64,000 nt of DNA from Nitrosomonadales bacterium (GCA_016177795.1 JACOUM010000003.1:247857-311856); one strand, 5' to 3'. Positions 1-13,761 are shown, numbered from the stretch's first letter. Notes: a model not told the origin generated them from the letters alone. Program-made: numbers and translations.

Positions 1-1802
<1,802 letters not shown>

Positions 1803-1875
1803 TCAGATTGGCCGAAAAATCACGTTTTTGCGGTCTGCGCGCGGCAGCCGCACGGGGTTCATCCGTGCCAGGAAA

Positions 1876-3099
1876 TCATGGCTGGACGGGTTCCGTGTCG
1901 CGCGCAAAAAGTTCCTGCAAGGTCAGATCGGCATTTTGCTCAAACTGCCCGGCACATTCGGCAATCCATTGCCGCAAGGGATCGCCGCTCTGCTCAACGG
2001 GCAATGCGCTGCGATCCAGCACGAACAGGTGCAACAATTCGACGGCGCGAATGTGATTTGCATCACGCATCAACAACCAGCCTTGCCCCTCTGCCTTGCG
2101 CACCATGTTGGCACTTGCCAGTTTTTCAAGAATTTTTTCCAGCACGTCATAACCGAGATGCAATGATCTGGACAATTCCTGCAATGTGCTTACTCTGCCC
2201 TGCTGTAAACCATTTGCCATGATTTGCAGCACGCGCAACGCATTCAGCAATTGCGTAGCCGACGACAAATGCCGTGCCACAGGGGCACGCCAGTGCGACA
2301 GCGATGCCGCGATAATTGCACCGACCAGGATGGCCAGCCAGGACAAATAAATCCACATCAGAAAAATCGGCACGCTGGCAAATGCGCCGTATACCAGTTT
2401 GTAGGTAGGAAAATGACTGACGTAATAGCCGAACACGCGGTTCATGGATTCGAATATGAGCGCCGCCACAAAGGCGCCTATCCATGCGTGCGGGTAAGGC
2501 ACATAACGATTCGGCATCAGTCTGAACAGCATGGCGAATGCCAGTGTGGTAAGCAATACCGGCAATATCTTCAGCACGCCCACGCCGAATATCGGAACAT
2601 GTTTGGCGTAACCCATCGACAACCCTACCAGCCACGAGGTCAGCGACAGGCTCGCGCCAATAAGCAAGGGAGCGAGCGTGAGCACCGCCCAGTAAATGAC
2701 CAGCCGCTTGAGCAGCGGGCGCGGGTGCGCCACCCGCCAGATGGTATTGAATGCCTGGCCGATAGTGATCATCAGCATCATTGCCGTCACCCCGAGTAAT
2801 ACGACACCGACTGCCGTCAGGCGCATGGCGCTTTCGGTGAACTGCTGCATGTATCCCGTGATGACCTTTCCCGCCATCTCCGGCATCAGGTTTTTGAGCA
2901 AATACGTCTTGATCTCCAGGGAGAAATTCTCGAACACCGGAAATGCGGAAAACATGGTCAGGGCAATGGTAATCAATGGCACCAGCGACAACAGCGTGGT
3001 GAAAGTCAGGCTCGCCGCAATCTGCAGGCAGCGTTCCTGGTTGAAGCGCATCACAATGAAGCGCATGAAATTCAAAAAATCCTGCCAATTCTTTTGCAT
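1876..3099 (-). CDS. YihY/BrkB family inner membrane protein with C-terminal HTH-like extension
   Basis: AASLTFTTLLSLVP and YGAFASVPIFLMWIYLSW motifs, several TM segments; start placed at MQKNW. Confidence 0.88.
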   Translation of the reverse strand: MQKNWQDFLNFMRFIVMRFNQERCLQIAASLTFTTLLSLVPLITIALTMFSAFPVFENFSLEIKTYLLKNLMPEMAGKVITGYMQQFTESAMRLTAVGVVLLGVTAMMLMITIGQAFNTIWRVAHPRPLLKRLVIYWAVLTLAPLLIGASLSLTSWLVGLSMGYAKHVPIFGVGVLKILPVLLTTLAFAMLFRLMPNRYVPYPHAWIGAFVAALIFESMNRVFGYYVSHFPTYKLVYGAFASVPIFLMWIYLSWLAILVGAIIAASLSHWRAPVARHLSSATQLLNALRVLQIMANGLQQGRVSTLQELSRSLHLGYDVLEKILEKLASANMVRKAEGQGWLLMRDANHIRAVELLHLFVLDRSALPVEQSGDPLRQWIAECAGQFEQNADLTLQELFARDTEPVQP

Positions 3100-3204
3100 G
3101 GTCAGCCACCTCACACCGGCAAAGGACTTTGAGCCTCCCTGAGCGAAGCATCGCCAGACACGGCAGTTGTGCGAAAGTCCTCGCAATTTGCGTATGATAA
3201 TGGA

Positions 3205-3238
3205 AAAACAAAAGGGCACGCGCTGCGTGCCCTTGTTC
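3205..3238 (-). terminator. Intrinsic terminator downstream of the pentapeptide gene
   Basis: Stem AAGGGCACGC-gct-GCGTGCCCTT with an A-rich flank (U tract on the minus strand). Confidence 0.7.
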
Positions 3239-3329
3239 TTCACCCCCACCAGACTGAATTACCTGCCTTTGATTTTCACTTTTCCCGCAGGCTGTGCCGG
3301 TTTGGCTTCCTGCACAGCCGTTACAACTT

Positions 3330-4316
3330 TTAGGGGCTGGTTCTCATTGGCTCGCCGATTATTCCCGTTCTATCAACTCTGCAACTGCTGTTATTTACCG
3401 TGCCGTTGGGCATGACCGTATTGCACAAAGTTGCGCCGGTCAGTGTGGCATCGGCAATATTGGCGCCAGCCAGGTCGGCATCAGTCATATCTGCATTCAG
3501 CAGGATTGCACCGGTCAAATTGGCGCGCTCCAGTTGCGCGCCGCGCAACACCGCCTTATTGAGGTTGGCATCGGTGAGATTGGCTTGCGACAGATTGGCT
3601 CGGGTCAGGTTGGCGCGCGCCAGGTTGGCTTCCGTCAGATTAGCCTTGCCGAGATTGGTCTTGAACAGATTGGCCTGCGCCAGATTGGCCATGAAGAGTT
3701 GCGCGCCGGACAGATTGGCAGAGCCGAGGTTGGCCTCGGCCAGCGCGGCATTCATGCACACGGTACGCGGCTGGATTGCGCAGCCATTGATGGAGCCTTC
3801 CACAACATCCGCCTGATCACCCCTGGCGGATCTTTTGGCGGGACAGTTCGCCCCGCTGTTCACGATGCCGTTTGGCATCGTCGTGCGGCAGAAGACGGCC
3901 TTGTTGAACTTTGCGTTATCAATCTCTGCATCGGTCAGATTGGTATCGGTCAAATTGGCTTCAGTGAGGTTTGCGCCCTTGAGCTTGGCGCCGGTCAGAT
4001 TGGCGCCGGTCAGATTGGCGCCGGTCAGATCGGCGTTATACAGCGTGATGTCGGTCATGTCGGCTTCGGTAAAGTTGCCGTTCATCAACTTGCCATGATA
4101 GATGTTCGCGCCCTTGAGATTCGCCTTGGTCAGGTTGGCTCGCGACAGATCCCCCTCAAGAAGATGCGCCTCCTGCAAATTGGCATTTGTCAGATCCTTC
4201 CCGGCAAATTGCGCATGCGGGCATTGCGCCTTCGGAATGATCGAGCACTCAAAATAGCCTGCATTAGCTCCCAGTGAGGACAGCAGTAATACGGAACCCA
4301 ACAATATTTTGTTCAA
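3330..4316 (-). CDS. Exported pentapeptide-repeat protein with two Cys-capped repeat blocks
   Basis: A(N/D)LxX repeats; TTG start behind AGGAG; signal-like N-terminus (KILLGSVLLLSSLGANA); cap motif CxTxMPNGxVNxxxC-like occurs twice. Confidence 0.85.
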   Translation of the reverse strand: MNKILLGSVLLLSSLGANAGYFECSIIPKAQCPHAQFAGKDLTNANLQEAHLLEGDLSRANLTKANLKGANIYHGKLMNGNFTEADMTDITLYNADLTGANLTGANLTGAKLKGANLTEANLTDTNLTDAEIDNAKFNKAVFCRTTMPNGIVNSGANCPAKRSARGDQADVVEGSINGCAIQPRTVCMNAALAEANLGSANLSGAQLFMANLAQANLFKTNLGKANLTEANLARANLTRANLSQANLTDANLNKAVLRGAQLERANLTGAILLNADMTDADLAGANIADATLTGATLCNTVMPNGTVNNSSCRVDRTGIIGEPMRTSP

Positions 4317-4680
4317 GACAATCTCCTGTGAAATGGACAAGCGTGGAGGGGATTCATAACATTCCCGCAACTCACGAGGCAGAATTATGACTGGGCATCC
4401 AACGGCATGCCTTAAAACAATTGTTTCAAAATGTTAGGCAACCTGAACCAGCGTTCGCCCAAGGACTGGGCGTGGAGCAGACGCCGGCAAATGCGGATTT
4501 TTCTACATAGCGACAGAAATCGTAGCGAGCGGTTTTGGAATGGGGGAGGCCTTAGCGTTGCATGGCCATTCGACTAAGCTGGCACAAAACGCCAGCTAAG
4601 TCGCTGGTCAGCGCAGACAACGCAGTTGCGGTGAAGACTTACCTTCAGGTTAGTCGCAACCAAACCGGAGTGTACAAGGT

Positions 4681-6216
4681 TTACAACTGCGGGTGCGCCC
4701 TCTCTCCGACACTGTGCAACTTGTTGAGCGCATTCAGATAGGCCTTGGCGGAAGCCACCACGATATCGGTATCCGCGCCATGCCCGTTGACGATCCGCCC
4801 GCCTCTGGCCAGCCGCACCGTTACTTCACCCTGGGCATCGGTGCCGCTGGTGATATTGTTCACCGAATACAGTTGCAACTCGGTGCCGCTGTGCACGATT
4901 TGCTCGATAGCCTGAAAGGTTGCATCCACCGGCCCGCCGCCGTGCGTTTCGGCCTCATGCTGTCCCCCACCGACACTCAACACCACTTTTGCAACCGGCA
5001 ACACACCCGTTTCGCTATGCGCGCGCATGGACAACAACTGGTAATGCTCACTGACGCTCGACACACTCTCTTCGTTGACCAGCGCTTGCAAATCTTCGTC
5101 GAATATCTCGCTCTTACGGTCGGCCAATTCCTTGAAGCGTGCGAAGGCGGCATTCAGTTCATCCTCGCTGCCCAGCACGATGCCGATTTCCTGCAAGCGC
5201 GTACGAAAGGCGTTGCGCCCGGAGAGTTTGCCCAGGGTCAGCTTGTTGGTGCTCCAGCCGACATCTTCGGCGCGCATGATTTCGTAAGTCTCGCGATGCT
5301 TGAGCACGCCGTCCTGATGGATGCCGGATTCATGCGCAAACGCATTCGCGCCGACGATCGCCTTGTTCGGTTGCACCGGATAGCCGGTAATGCTGGAAAC
5401 CAGTTTTGAAGTCGGCACGATCTGCGTGGTATCGATGCGCGTATCGAGGTTGAATATATCGCGGCGGGTCTTCACCGCCATCACGATTTCCTCCAGCGAA
5501 GCGTTGCCGGCACGCTCGCCCAGGCCGTTGATGGTGCACTCCACTTGGCGCGCGCCGTTCATCACCGCGGACAGGGAATTCGCCACCGCCAAGCCCAGAT
5601 CGTTGTGGCAATGCGTGGACCAGATCACCTTGTCCGAATTCGGCACGCGTTCGATCAATTGCCGGATGCGCTCGCCCCACGCAGCGGGAATGGAATAACC
5701 CACCGTGTCCGGCACGTTCAGTGTTCTGGCGCCGGCCTGAATCACCGCATCGAACACACGCACCAGAAAATCCATCTCGGAACGCACCGCATCCTCGGCG
5801 GAAAACTCCACATCATCGGTATATTCGAGCGCCCATTTCACCGCGCTGACCGCGCGCTCGACGACCTGATCCTCGCTCATGCGCAACTTGTGCTGCATGT
5901 GGATCGGGCTGGTGGCAATGAAAGTGTGGATGCGCCCCGACTTCGCCGGACGAATCGCTTCGCCGGCGCGGCGCACGTCGTTCTCGGAAGCGCGCGCCAG
6001 CGAGCACACCGTGGAGCTTTTCACGATTTCGGCGACGGCCTTCACCGCCTCGAAATCGCCCGGGCTGGCGGCGGCAAAACCCGCCTCGATCACGTCCACG
6101 CCCAGCTTTTCCAACTGGCGCGCAATACGGATTTTCATTTCACGGGTCATCGATGCGCCGGGGCTCTGCTCGCCGTCGCGCAAGGTGGTGTCAAAAACAA
6201 TCAATTTGTCTGTCAT
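4681..6216 (-). CDS. leuA: 2-isopropylmalate synthase
   Basis: [21 protein letters not shown] and HESGIHQDG motifs; C-terminal regulatory domain. Confidence 0.97.
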   Translation of the reverse strand: MTDKLIVFDTTLRDGEQSPGASMTREMKIRIARQLEKLGVDVIEAGFAAASPGDFEAVKAVAEIVKSSTVCSLARASENDVRRAGEAIRPAKSGRIHTFIATSPIHMQHKLRMSEDQVVERAVSAVKWALEYTDDVEFSAEDAVRSEMDFLVRVFDAVIQAGARTLNVPDTVGYSIPAAWGERIRQLIERVPNSDKVIWSTHCHNDLGLAVANSLSAVMNGARQVECTINGLGERAGNASLEEIVMAVKTRRDIFNLDTRIDTTQIVPTSKLVSSITGYPVQPNKAIVGANAFAHESGIHQDGVLKHRETYEIMRAEDVGWSTNKLTLGKLSGRNAFRTRLQEIGIVLGSEDELNAAFARFKELADRKSEIFDEDLQALVNEESVSSVSEHYQLLSMRAHSETGVLPVAKVVLSVGGGQHEAETHGGGPVDATFQAIEQIVHSGTELQLYSVNNITSGTDAQGEVTVRLARGGRIVNGHGADTDIVVASAKAYLNALNKLHSVGERAHPQL

Positions 6217-6299
6217 GATAAAAACTCCAATGCGAATAGGTTAAACCTGCGTAGCCGGTATCCGGTCAGCGCGCTTGTTTCGGATTATGAGGTATGTAG

Positions 6300-6380
6300 T
6301 TAGCGCGCGCCGCGCAGCAGCAGCGCAGCCAGCAGGCTGAACGTGGAGTGGAGTATCGCGATGTGCGTGGAGAAATGCAT
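6300..6380 (-). promoter_or_regulatory. Leu-rich leader peptide (attenuator-type) upstream of leuA
   Basis: 26-aa uORF MHFSTHIAILHSTFSLLAALLLRGAR, not in the ORF track; five CTG Leu codons clustered before the stop; ends 83 bp before leuA. Confidence 0.75.
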
Positions 6381-6407
6381 GGAGCGAATATTACCAGTTT
6401 TATCGTC

Positions 6408-7157
6408 TCAGGCAACGGGCTGTTGTTTTTTGCGCAGGCGCAACAGCCACAGCACATAGCCGGACAAGGCATAGCCCAGGAACAACGCAAACAATACGCC
6501 GGGCGGATAACTGGAAATCAGGATGAAGAACAGCGCAATCAGGAAAATTACCAGAAATGGCACGCTCTTGCGCATGTTCACATCTTTGAAGCTGTAAAAC
6601 GGCAGGTTGCTGACCATGCTCAATCCGGCAAACACCGTCAGTGCTGCCGCGTACCAGCGCAATTCGCCGCCTTTGAAACCGTAGTCCAGCATCACCCAGA
6701 CAAATCCCGCCACCAGGGCAGCGGCAGCCGGGCTGGGCAAGCCCTGAAAATAGCGCTTGTCGGTTATATCGATGTTGGTATTGAAGCGCGCCAGACGCAA
6801 CGCGGTGGCGGCGCAATAGATGAAGGCCGCGAACCAGCCCCACTTGCCCAGCCCCTTCAGAGCCCACTCGTACATGACCAGCGCCGGCGCGACACCGAAT
6901 GAAACCATGTCGGACAGACTGTCGTATTCACCGCCGAATTCGCTCTGCGTATGCGTCAGGCGCGCCACGCGACCATCAATGCCGTCCAGCACCATGGCGA
7001 CAAAAATCGCCACGGCCGCAAACTCGAAGCGGAGATTCATCGCCTGCACGATGGCATAGAAGCCGGCGAACAGCGCGCCGGTGGTGAACAGGTTGGGCAG
7101 CAGATAAATGCCGCGCCTGCGCAGGTTCATCGATTTGCGTGGATTGAATTCGTCCAT
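6408..7157 (-). CDS. pssA: CDP-diacylglycerol--serine O-phosphatidyltransferase
   Basis: LLPNLFT; DGIDGRVAR...DSLSDMVSFGVAPA motif; next to psd. Confidence 0.95.
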   Translation of the reverse strand: MDEFNPRKSMNLRRRGIYLLPNLFTTGALFAGFYAIVQAMNLRFEFAAVAIFVAMVLDGIDGRVARLTHTQSEFGGEYDSLSDMVSFGVAPALVMYEWALKGLGKWGWFAAFIYCAATALRLARFNTNIDITDKRYFQGLPSPAAAALVAGFVWVMLDYGFKGGELRWYAAALTVFAGLSMVSNLPFYSFKDVNMRKSVPFLVIFLIALFFILISSYPPGVLFALFLGYALSGYVLWLLRLRKKQQPVA

Positions 7158-7166
7158 GCGGTCAGA

Positions 7167-7817
7167 TTAACCGTTTTCCGGGAGAATTGCCAAGATGGTG
7201 GTGGTCGCCGCCACCCTGTCGCCGATGCTGACTTTCGCGACGGCATCCAGCGGCAGGTAAACATCCACGCGCGAACCGAAGCGGATAAAGCCGTAGCGCT
7301 GGCCGCGCGCCAGATGGTCACCGGCCTTGACGTAGCACAGGATGCGCCGCGCGATCAGGCCCGCCACCTGCACGCTGGTGATGTCCTGTCCGGCGGCGGT
7401 TTTCAGCCACACCGCGTTGCGCTCGTTTTCCGTGGAAGCCTTGTCGAGGTCGGCATTCACGAACTTGCCGGGAAAATACCAGACCTGCTGCACCGTGCCG
7501 TCCACCGGGCTGCGGTTGGAATGCACGTTGAACACGTTCATGAACACGCTGACCTTGATTGCCTCGCGCTGCACATAAGGGTCGCTGACGCGCTCCACCG
7601 CGACGATGCGCCCGTCGGCGGGCGACAGCACCGCGCCGGCATCCTGCGGAATCTCGCGCGGCGGATCGCGGAAAAATTGCAGCACAAACAGTGCGACGAC
7701 CCACAACGGGATCGACCAAACCGCACACCAAACGGTGGCTGCAATCGCCAGAATTATCGAGATGGCCAGAAACGGCCAGCCCTCGCGGGCGATGATGGGA
7801 TGGGGGTAGTTCTTCAT
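7167..7817 (-). CDS. psd: Phosphatidylserine decarboxylase
   Basis: [19 protein letters not shown] and RFGSRVD (pyruvoyl cleavage site) motifs. Confidence 0.95.
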   Translation of the reverse strand: MKNYPHPIIAREGWPFLAISIILAIAATVWCAVWSIPLWVVALFVLQFFRDPPREIPQDAGAVLSPADGRIVAVERVSDPYVQREAIKVSVFMNVFNVHSNRSPVDGTVQQVWYFPGKFVNADLDKASTENERNAVWLKTAAGQDITSVQVAGLIARRILCYVKAGDHLARGQRYGFIRFGSRVDVYLPLDAVAKVSIGDRVAATTTILAILPENG

Positions 7818-7906
7818 AGGATTTTGGATTTGGGATTTAGGAATTAGCCAGCGAGATTGAGGATCGAAGGTGTCTCCCCCAAATCCTCAATCCCAATTCC
7901 CAAATC

Positions 7907-7908
<2 letters not shown>
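7818..7908. repeat. Inverted pair of degenerate heptamer tandem arrays (nGGATTT / AAATCCn)
   Basis: aggattt-tggattt-gggattt-aggaatt ... aaatcct-caatccc-aattccc-aaatcct fills the psd-ilvC spacer. Confidence 0.7.
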
Positions 7909-9039
<1,131 letters not shown>

Positions 9040-9043
9040 GTTT

Positions 9044-9535
9044 TTAAAGTTTCAAAATCCGGTCGCCGCGCCCGATGCCGGAAGCTCCGGTGCGCACCGT
9101 TTCCAGAATCAGCTCGCGGCCGATCTTTTCCAGGAGACTGTCCAATTCGGCGCATGAGCCGGTCAGCTCGATAGTATAGGTATGGTCAGCCGTATCGATG
9201 ATGCGTCCGCGAAAAGTATCCGCCATGCGCTTCAGCTCTTCACGCGCATCGCCTTCGGCACGTACCTTGACCAGCATCAACTCGCGTTCGAGATGTTCGC
9301 CCTCGCTCAAGTCAATCAATGCCGCGACATCCACCAGTTTGTTGAGTTGTTTGTTGATCTGCTCGATGACCGCATCCGACCCGCTGGTGACGATGGTCAT
9401 GCGCGACAGGGTCGGATCCTCGGTCGGCGCAACGGACAACGATTCGATATTATAGCCGCGTGCCGAGAACAGCCCTGCCACCCGCGACAATGCGCCCGCC
9501 TCATTTTCCATCAACAGGGAAATAATGTGCCGCAT
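9044..9535 (-). CDS. ilvN: Acetolactate synthase small subunit
   Basis: MRHIISLLMENEAGALSRVAGLFSARGYNIESL (ACT domain). Confidence 0.96.
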   Translation of the reverse strand: MRHIISLLMENEAGALSRVAGLFSARGYNIESLSVAPTEDPTLSRMTIVTSGSDAVIEQINKQLNKLVDVAALIDLSEGEHLERELMLVKVRAEGDAREELKRMADTFRGRIIDTADHTYTIELTGSCAELDSLLEKIGRELILETVRTGASGIGRGDRILKL

Positions 9536-11244
9536 TACAACTCCTCCGAGAGAATAATCTGCGACAACCCCTTGCCGCCGGGAACCATCGGATAGACGTT
9601 TTCCGTCGGGTCGGTCCTGAAATCCATGAACACCAGATCATCCTTGCGCGCAAAGGCCTCTTTCAATGCAGCTTCAACATCTGCCGGTTTTTCGATACGC
9701 ATCCCGACATGCCCGTAGGCTTCAGCCAGTTTCACAAAATCAGGCAGCGCATCCATATAGGTCTCGGAATAACGGTTGCCGTGAAAAAACTCCTGCCACT
9801 GGCGCACCATGCCCAGATAGCCGTTGTTGAGCGCGATAATCTTGATCGGCAGGTGAAATTGCTTGCAGGTGGACAGTTCCTGGATATTCATCTGAATGCT
9901 GCCCTCGCCCGTCACGCAGGCCACCGTCGCGCCGGGATTGACCATCTGCACGCCCATCGCCGCCGGCAGGCCGAAACCCATCGTACCCAAGCCACCGGAA
10001 GTGACCCAGTGGCGCGGTTGGTCGAATTTGTAATACTGTGCCGCCCACATCTGGTGCTGGCCGACATCGGTGGTGATGAATGCCTCGCCGCCGGTAATTT
10101 CATGCAGCTTCTCGATCACGAATTGCGGCTTGATGATTTCGGATGAATTTCTGTAACACATCCTGCCGCCTGCGGCACGCCACTCGTCCACCTGCTTCCA
10201 CCATGCAGACATATCCGATACGCTGGGTATCTGCCTGCTGCCGCGCAGCACATCCAGCAGTTCATCCAGAACCAGCTTCACATCGCCAACGATGGGCAGA
10301 TCCACCTTGACACGCTTGGCAATCGAGGAAGGGTCAATGTCGATGTGGATGATCCTGCGCGGCACTTCGGCAAAGTGCTCGACATTGCCGATCACGCGGT
10401 CGTCAAAGCGCGCACCGACCGCGAGCAACACGTCGCAATGCTGCATCGCCATGTTCGCTTCATAGGTGCCATGCATCCCCAGCATGCCGACAAAATGCCT
10501 GTCGCTGGCCGGGAAACCGCCCAGGCCCATCAAGGTATTGGTGCAGGGAAAATCCAGCAACCGCACCAGATCGGCCAGCTGCGCGGATGCGTCGGACAGC
10601 ACCACACCGCCGCCCGCATAGATCATCGGCCGTTTGGCCTCCAGCAACATCTGCGCGGCGTGCCTGATCTGCCCGCTATCGCCCTTGCCGACCGGATGAT
10701 AGGAGCGGATAGCTACGCTGGCAGGGTATTCAAAAGTGGTTTTATGGTTGGAGACATCCTTGGGAATGTCCACCAACACCGGGCCGGGGCGGCCCGACCT
10801 GGCGAGATAAAACGCCTTTTTGATGGTCGGGGCGATGTCCTTCACATCCTTGACCAGAAAATTGTGTTTTACGCACGGGCGGGTAATGCCCACCGCATCG
10901 ACTTCCTGGAAGGCATCTTCGCCGATTGCGCCGGTCGGGACCTGGCCGCTGATAACGACCATCGGTGTGGAATCCATATAAGCGGTCGCGATGCCGGTTA
11001 CGGCATTGGTGACTCCCGGTCCTGAGGTGACGAGCGCCACACCCACCCTGTCGGAAGATCGCGCATAACCGTCGGCCGCATGCACCGCAGCCTGCTCATG
11101 GCGCACCAGTACATGCTTGACCTTGTCCTGCTGAAACAGTGCGTCATAAATGAACAACACCGCCCCGCCGGGATAGCCGAACACATACTCGACCTGTTCC
11201 TCCTGTAAACAGCGGATAAGTATCTCCGCGCCGGTCAACTCCAT
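9535..11244 (-). CDS. ilvB: Acetolactate synthase large subunit
   Basis: FGYPGGAVL, RHEQ and SGGLGTMGFG motifs; TPP-binding GEGS..MNIQE...NNG. Confidence 0.96.
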   Translation of the reverse strand: MELTGAEILIRCLQEEQVEYVFGYPGGAVLFIYDALFQQDKVKHVLVRHEQAAVHAADGYARSSDRVGVALVTSGPGVTNAVTGIATAYMDSTPMVVISGQVPTGAIGEDAFQEVDAVGITRPCVKHNFLVKDVKDIAPTIKKAFYLARSGRPGPVLVDIPKDVSNHKTTFEYPASVAIRSYHPVGKGDSGQIRHAAQMLLEAKRPMIYAGGGVVLSDASAQLADLVRLLDFPCTNTLMGLGGFPASDRHFVGMLGMHGTYEANMAMQHCDVLLAVGARFDDRVIGNVEHFAEVPRRIIHIDIDPSSIAKRVKVDLPIVGDVKLVLDELLDVLRGSRQIPSVSDMSAWWKQVDEWRAAGGRMCYRNSSEIIKPQFVIEKLHEITGGEAFITTDVGQHQMWAAQYYKFDQPRHWVTSGGLGTMGFGLPAAMGVQMVNPGATVACVTGEGSIQMNIQELSTCKQFHLPIKIIALNNGYLGMVRQWQEFFHGNRYSETYMDALPDFVKLAEAYGHVGMRIEKPADVEAALKEAFARKDDLVFMDFRTDPTENVYPMVPGGKGLSQIILSEEL

Positions 11245-11441
11245 CTCAATCACCTTGTATTCCTGCCAATCTCAAAGAATCGCGTAAGATAAAGGCTGGT
11301 GGCGTTTTGGTCAACCAATCAACGCAATAATCAACGCAACATTAAGGGCAAGGCGGCGGTGGCAGCGGCAGCGGCTTCATAAACCTGCCGAAAAACGCTA
11401 GAATCGCCGCTTTGCAACCGACCCATCAAAGGATTCCCATT

Positions 11442-12362
11442 ATGTCGATGTCCGACCGCGACGGTTTTATCTGGTATGACGGCAAGCTCGTCCCCTGGCG
11501 CAATGCCACCACCCATGTGCTGACCCACACGCTGCATTACGGCATGGGCGTATTTGAAGGCTTGCGCGCTTATAAAGCCGAAAAAGGCACGGCGATTTTC
11601 CGTTTGCAGGAGCACACCGACCGGCTGTTCAATTCCGCGCACATTTTTCAGATGAAGATGCCTTACGATAAGGCGACCATCATGGAAGCGCACCGCGAGG
11701 TGGTGCGCGTCAACAAACTGGAATCCGGTTACATCCGCCCGATCTGTTTTTATGGCTCCGAAGCGATGGGCATCGCCGCCAAGACGCTGTCCACCCACGT
11801 CGCCGTCGCGGCCTGGCCCTGGGGGGCATACCTGGGCGATGAAGGCATGCAAAAAGGCATCCGCGTCAAGACTTCCAGCTTTACCCGCCATCACGTCAAC
11901 GTAAACATGTGCCGCGCCAAGTCGGTTACGACCTATACCAACTCGATACTGGCGCATCAGGAAGCCGACAACGACAATTACGACGAAGCCCTGTTGCTGG
12001 ATGTGGACGGCTACGTTGCGGAAGGCGCCGGTGAAAATATTTTCATCGTCAAGAAGGGCAAGCTGTACACGCCCGACCTGACCTCCTGCCTGGAAGGCAT
12101 CACGCGCGATTCCGTCATCGTGCTGGCCAAGGAAATGGGCATCGAAGTCATCGAGAAGCGCATCACCCGCGATGAGATTTATTGTGCCGACGAGGCCTTC
12201 TTCACCGGCACGGCCGCCGAGGTGACTCCGATCCGCGAACTCGATCACCGCACCATCGGTTGTGGTTCACGCGGCCCGATTACCACCAGACTGCAGCAGG
12301 CTTTTTTTGATTGTGTAGCGGGCAAACATCCGCAACATACCGACTGGCTCGACTACGTATAG
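11442..12362 (+). CDS. ilvE: Branched-chain amino acid aminotransferase
   Basis: LHYGMGVFEG, LEGITR and FFTGTAAEVTP motifs. Confidence 0.96.
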   Translation: MSMSDRDGFIWYDGKLVPWRNATTHVLTHTLHYGMGVFEGLRAYKAEKGTAIFRLQEHTDRLFNSAHIFQMKMPYDKATIMEAHREVVRVNKLESGYIRPICFYGSEAMGIAAKTLSTHVAVAAWPWGAYLGDEGMQKGIRVKTSSFTRHHVNVNMCRAKSVTTYTNSILAHQEADNDNYDEALLLDVDGYVAEGAGENIFIVKKGKLYTPDLTSCLEGITRDSVIVLAKEMGIEVIEKRITRDEIYCADEAFFTGTAAEVTPIRELDHRTIGCGSRGPITTRLQQAFFDCVAGKHPQHTDWLDYV

Positions 12363-12372
12363 GAGATCACCC

Positions 12373-12573
12373 ATGAGCAAACAGGACATCACCCAGCGTT
12401 ATATCGAAGTCACCGCGCACGACTTGCCACTGACCTGCCCGATGCCGAACATGAGCCTGTGGAATGCCCATCCGAAGGTGATGATCCCGCTGAATCATGG
12501 CGGCGAGGCACGTTGCCCGTATTGCGGAACGCTGTACAAATTCAAGGGCGAGTTACCCAAGGCGCACCACTAA
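12373..12573 (+). CDS. Small zinc-finger (CHCC-type) protein
   Basis: CP...HPKV...CPYCGT pattern; AGGAG RBS. Confidence 0.85.
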   Translation: MSKQDITQRYIEVTAHDLPLTCPMPNMSLWNAHPKVMIPLNHGGEARCPYCGTLYKFKGELPKAHH

Positions 12574-12574
12574 T

Positions 12575-12719
12575 CAAAGACCCCCGCGCAACTACTGCGC
12601 TTGACCATACTTTGTCGATAAGCGGCTCGAAATCCTCATGTATAAGCACATACACTCCGGTTTCTCGCCACTTTTCTCCTCGTCTGGCCTGCGCTCGTAA
12701 CGTTGCGCAAAGGTCTTTG
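12575..12719. mobile_element. MITE-like element (~145 bp) with imperfect 18-bp terminal inverted repeats
   Basis: Left end CAAAGACCCCCGCGCAAC; reverse complement of right end CAAAGACCTTTGCGCAAC; no credible coding content. Confidence 0.55.
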
Positions 12720-12732
12720 TACCTACCGCTTA

Positions 12733-13761
12733 ATGAATAAAATTTTAGTCATCAGCCCGAGCTGGGTGGGCGATTGCATGCTGATGCAGCCGATGCTGAT
12801 GCGCCTGAAACAGCGCCACCCAGACTGTCTTATCGATGTGTTCGCCCCACCCTGGACCGCCGCGCTGCTGCGCGCGATGCCGGAAGTGCATGAAATCATC
12901 ATCAACCCGTTTGCGCATGGCGCACTGCAACTTGGCGCGCGCTATCAACTCGGCAAACAATTGCGCGCCGCACATTACGATCAGGCCGTCGTGCTGCCCA
13001 ACTCATGGAAATCCGCGCTCGTGCCGTTCTTCGCAAACATCCCGCTGCGCACCGGCTTCGTCGGCGAGATGCGCTATGGCCTGCTCAACGACGCGCGCCA
13101 GCTCGACAAGCAGAAACTGCCGCTGATGGTGGAGCGTTTCGCGCAACTGGCCGAAGCCGCGCAAGACGAAATTCCGCGTCCGCTGGCGAACCCGAAACTG
13201 GCGATCAGCAAAGCGCAGCGCGACGCTGCCCTGCGCAAGCTGGGCCTGACGCTGGATCAACCCGTCGCGGCATTCTGTCCGGGCGCCGAGTACGGCCCCG
13301 CCAAGCGCTGGCCGGCAGCCTACTACGCAGACATCGCGCAGCGGCTGCGGCAACGCGGCTATGCAGTCTGGCTGATCGGCTCAGGCAAGGATAAACCGGT
13401 CGCGGACGAAATCGACCGGCTCAGCGGCGCACAATGCACCAACCTGTGCGGCCGCACTGATCTGGGCGATGCCATCGCGCTGCTGGCAAGTGCGAGGCTG
13501 GTCATCAGCAACGACTCCGGCCTGATGCACCTGGCCGCCGCGCTGGACCGGCCGATGCTCGCATTGTTCGGCTCCAGCAGCCCGCAGTTCACCCCGCCGC
13601 TGTCCGCGCAGGCGCAGGTCATCAAGCTCGACATCGAGTGCAGCCCGTGCTTCGAGCGCGAATGCCCGCTAGGGCATTTCAACTGCATGACGCGGCTGAC
13701 TCCGGATATGGTCTGGGACAGGTTAACCCCTCTTCTTCATGAACAAAGCGAACCATGCTGA
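12733..13761 (+). CDS. waaF: LPS heptosyltransferase II
   Basis: ISPSWVGD, PGAEYGPAKRWP and SNDSGLMHLAAA motifs. Confidence 0.96.
   Translation: MNKILVISPSWVGDCMLMQPMLMRLKQRHPDCLIDVFAPPWTAALLRAMPEVHEIIINPFAHGALQLGARYQLGKQLRAAHYDQAVVLPNSWKSALVPFFANIPLRTGFVGEMRYGLLNDARQLDKQKLPLMVERFAQLAEAAQDEIPRPLANPKLAISKAQRDAALRKLGLTLDQPVAAFCPGAEYGPAKRWPAAYYADIAQRLRQRGYAVWLIGSGKDKPVADEIDRLSGAQCTNLCGRTDLGDAIALLASARLVISNDSGLMHLAAALDRPMLALFGSSSPQFTPPLSAQAQVIKLDIECSPCFERECPLGHFNCMTRLTPDMVWDRLTPLLHEQSEPC

Noticed and set aside
11254-11441. Attenuator leader for ilvB
   Set aside because: The short ORF MKPLPLPPPPCP lacks a convincing Ile/Leu/Val run, and there is no terminator hairpin
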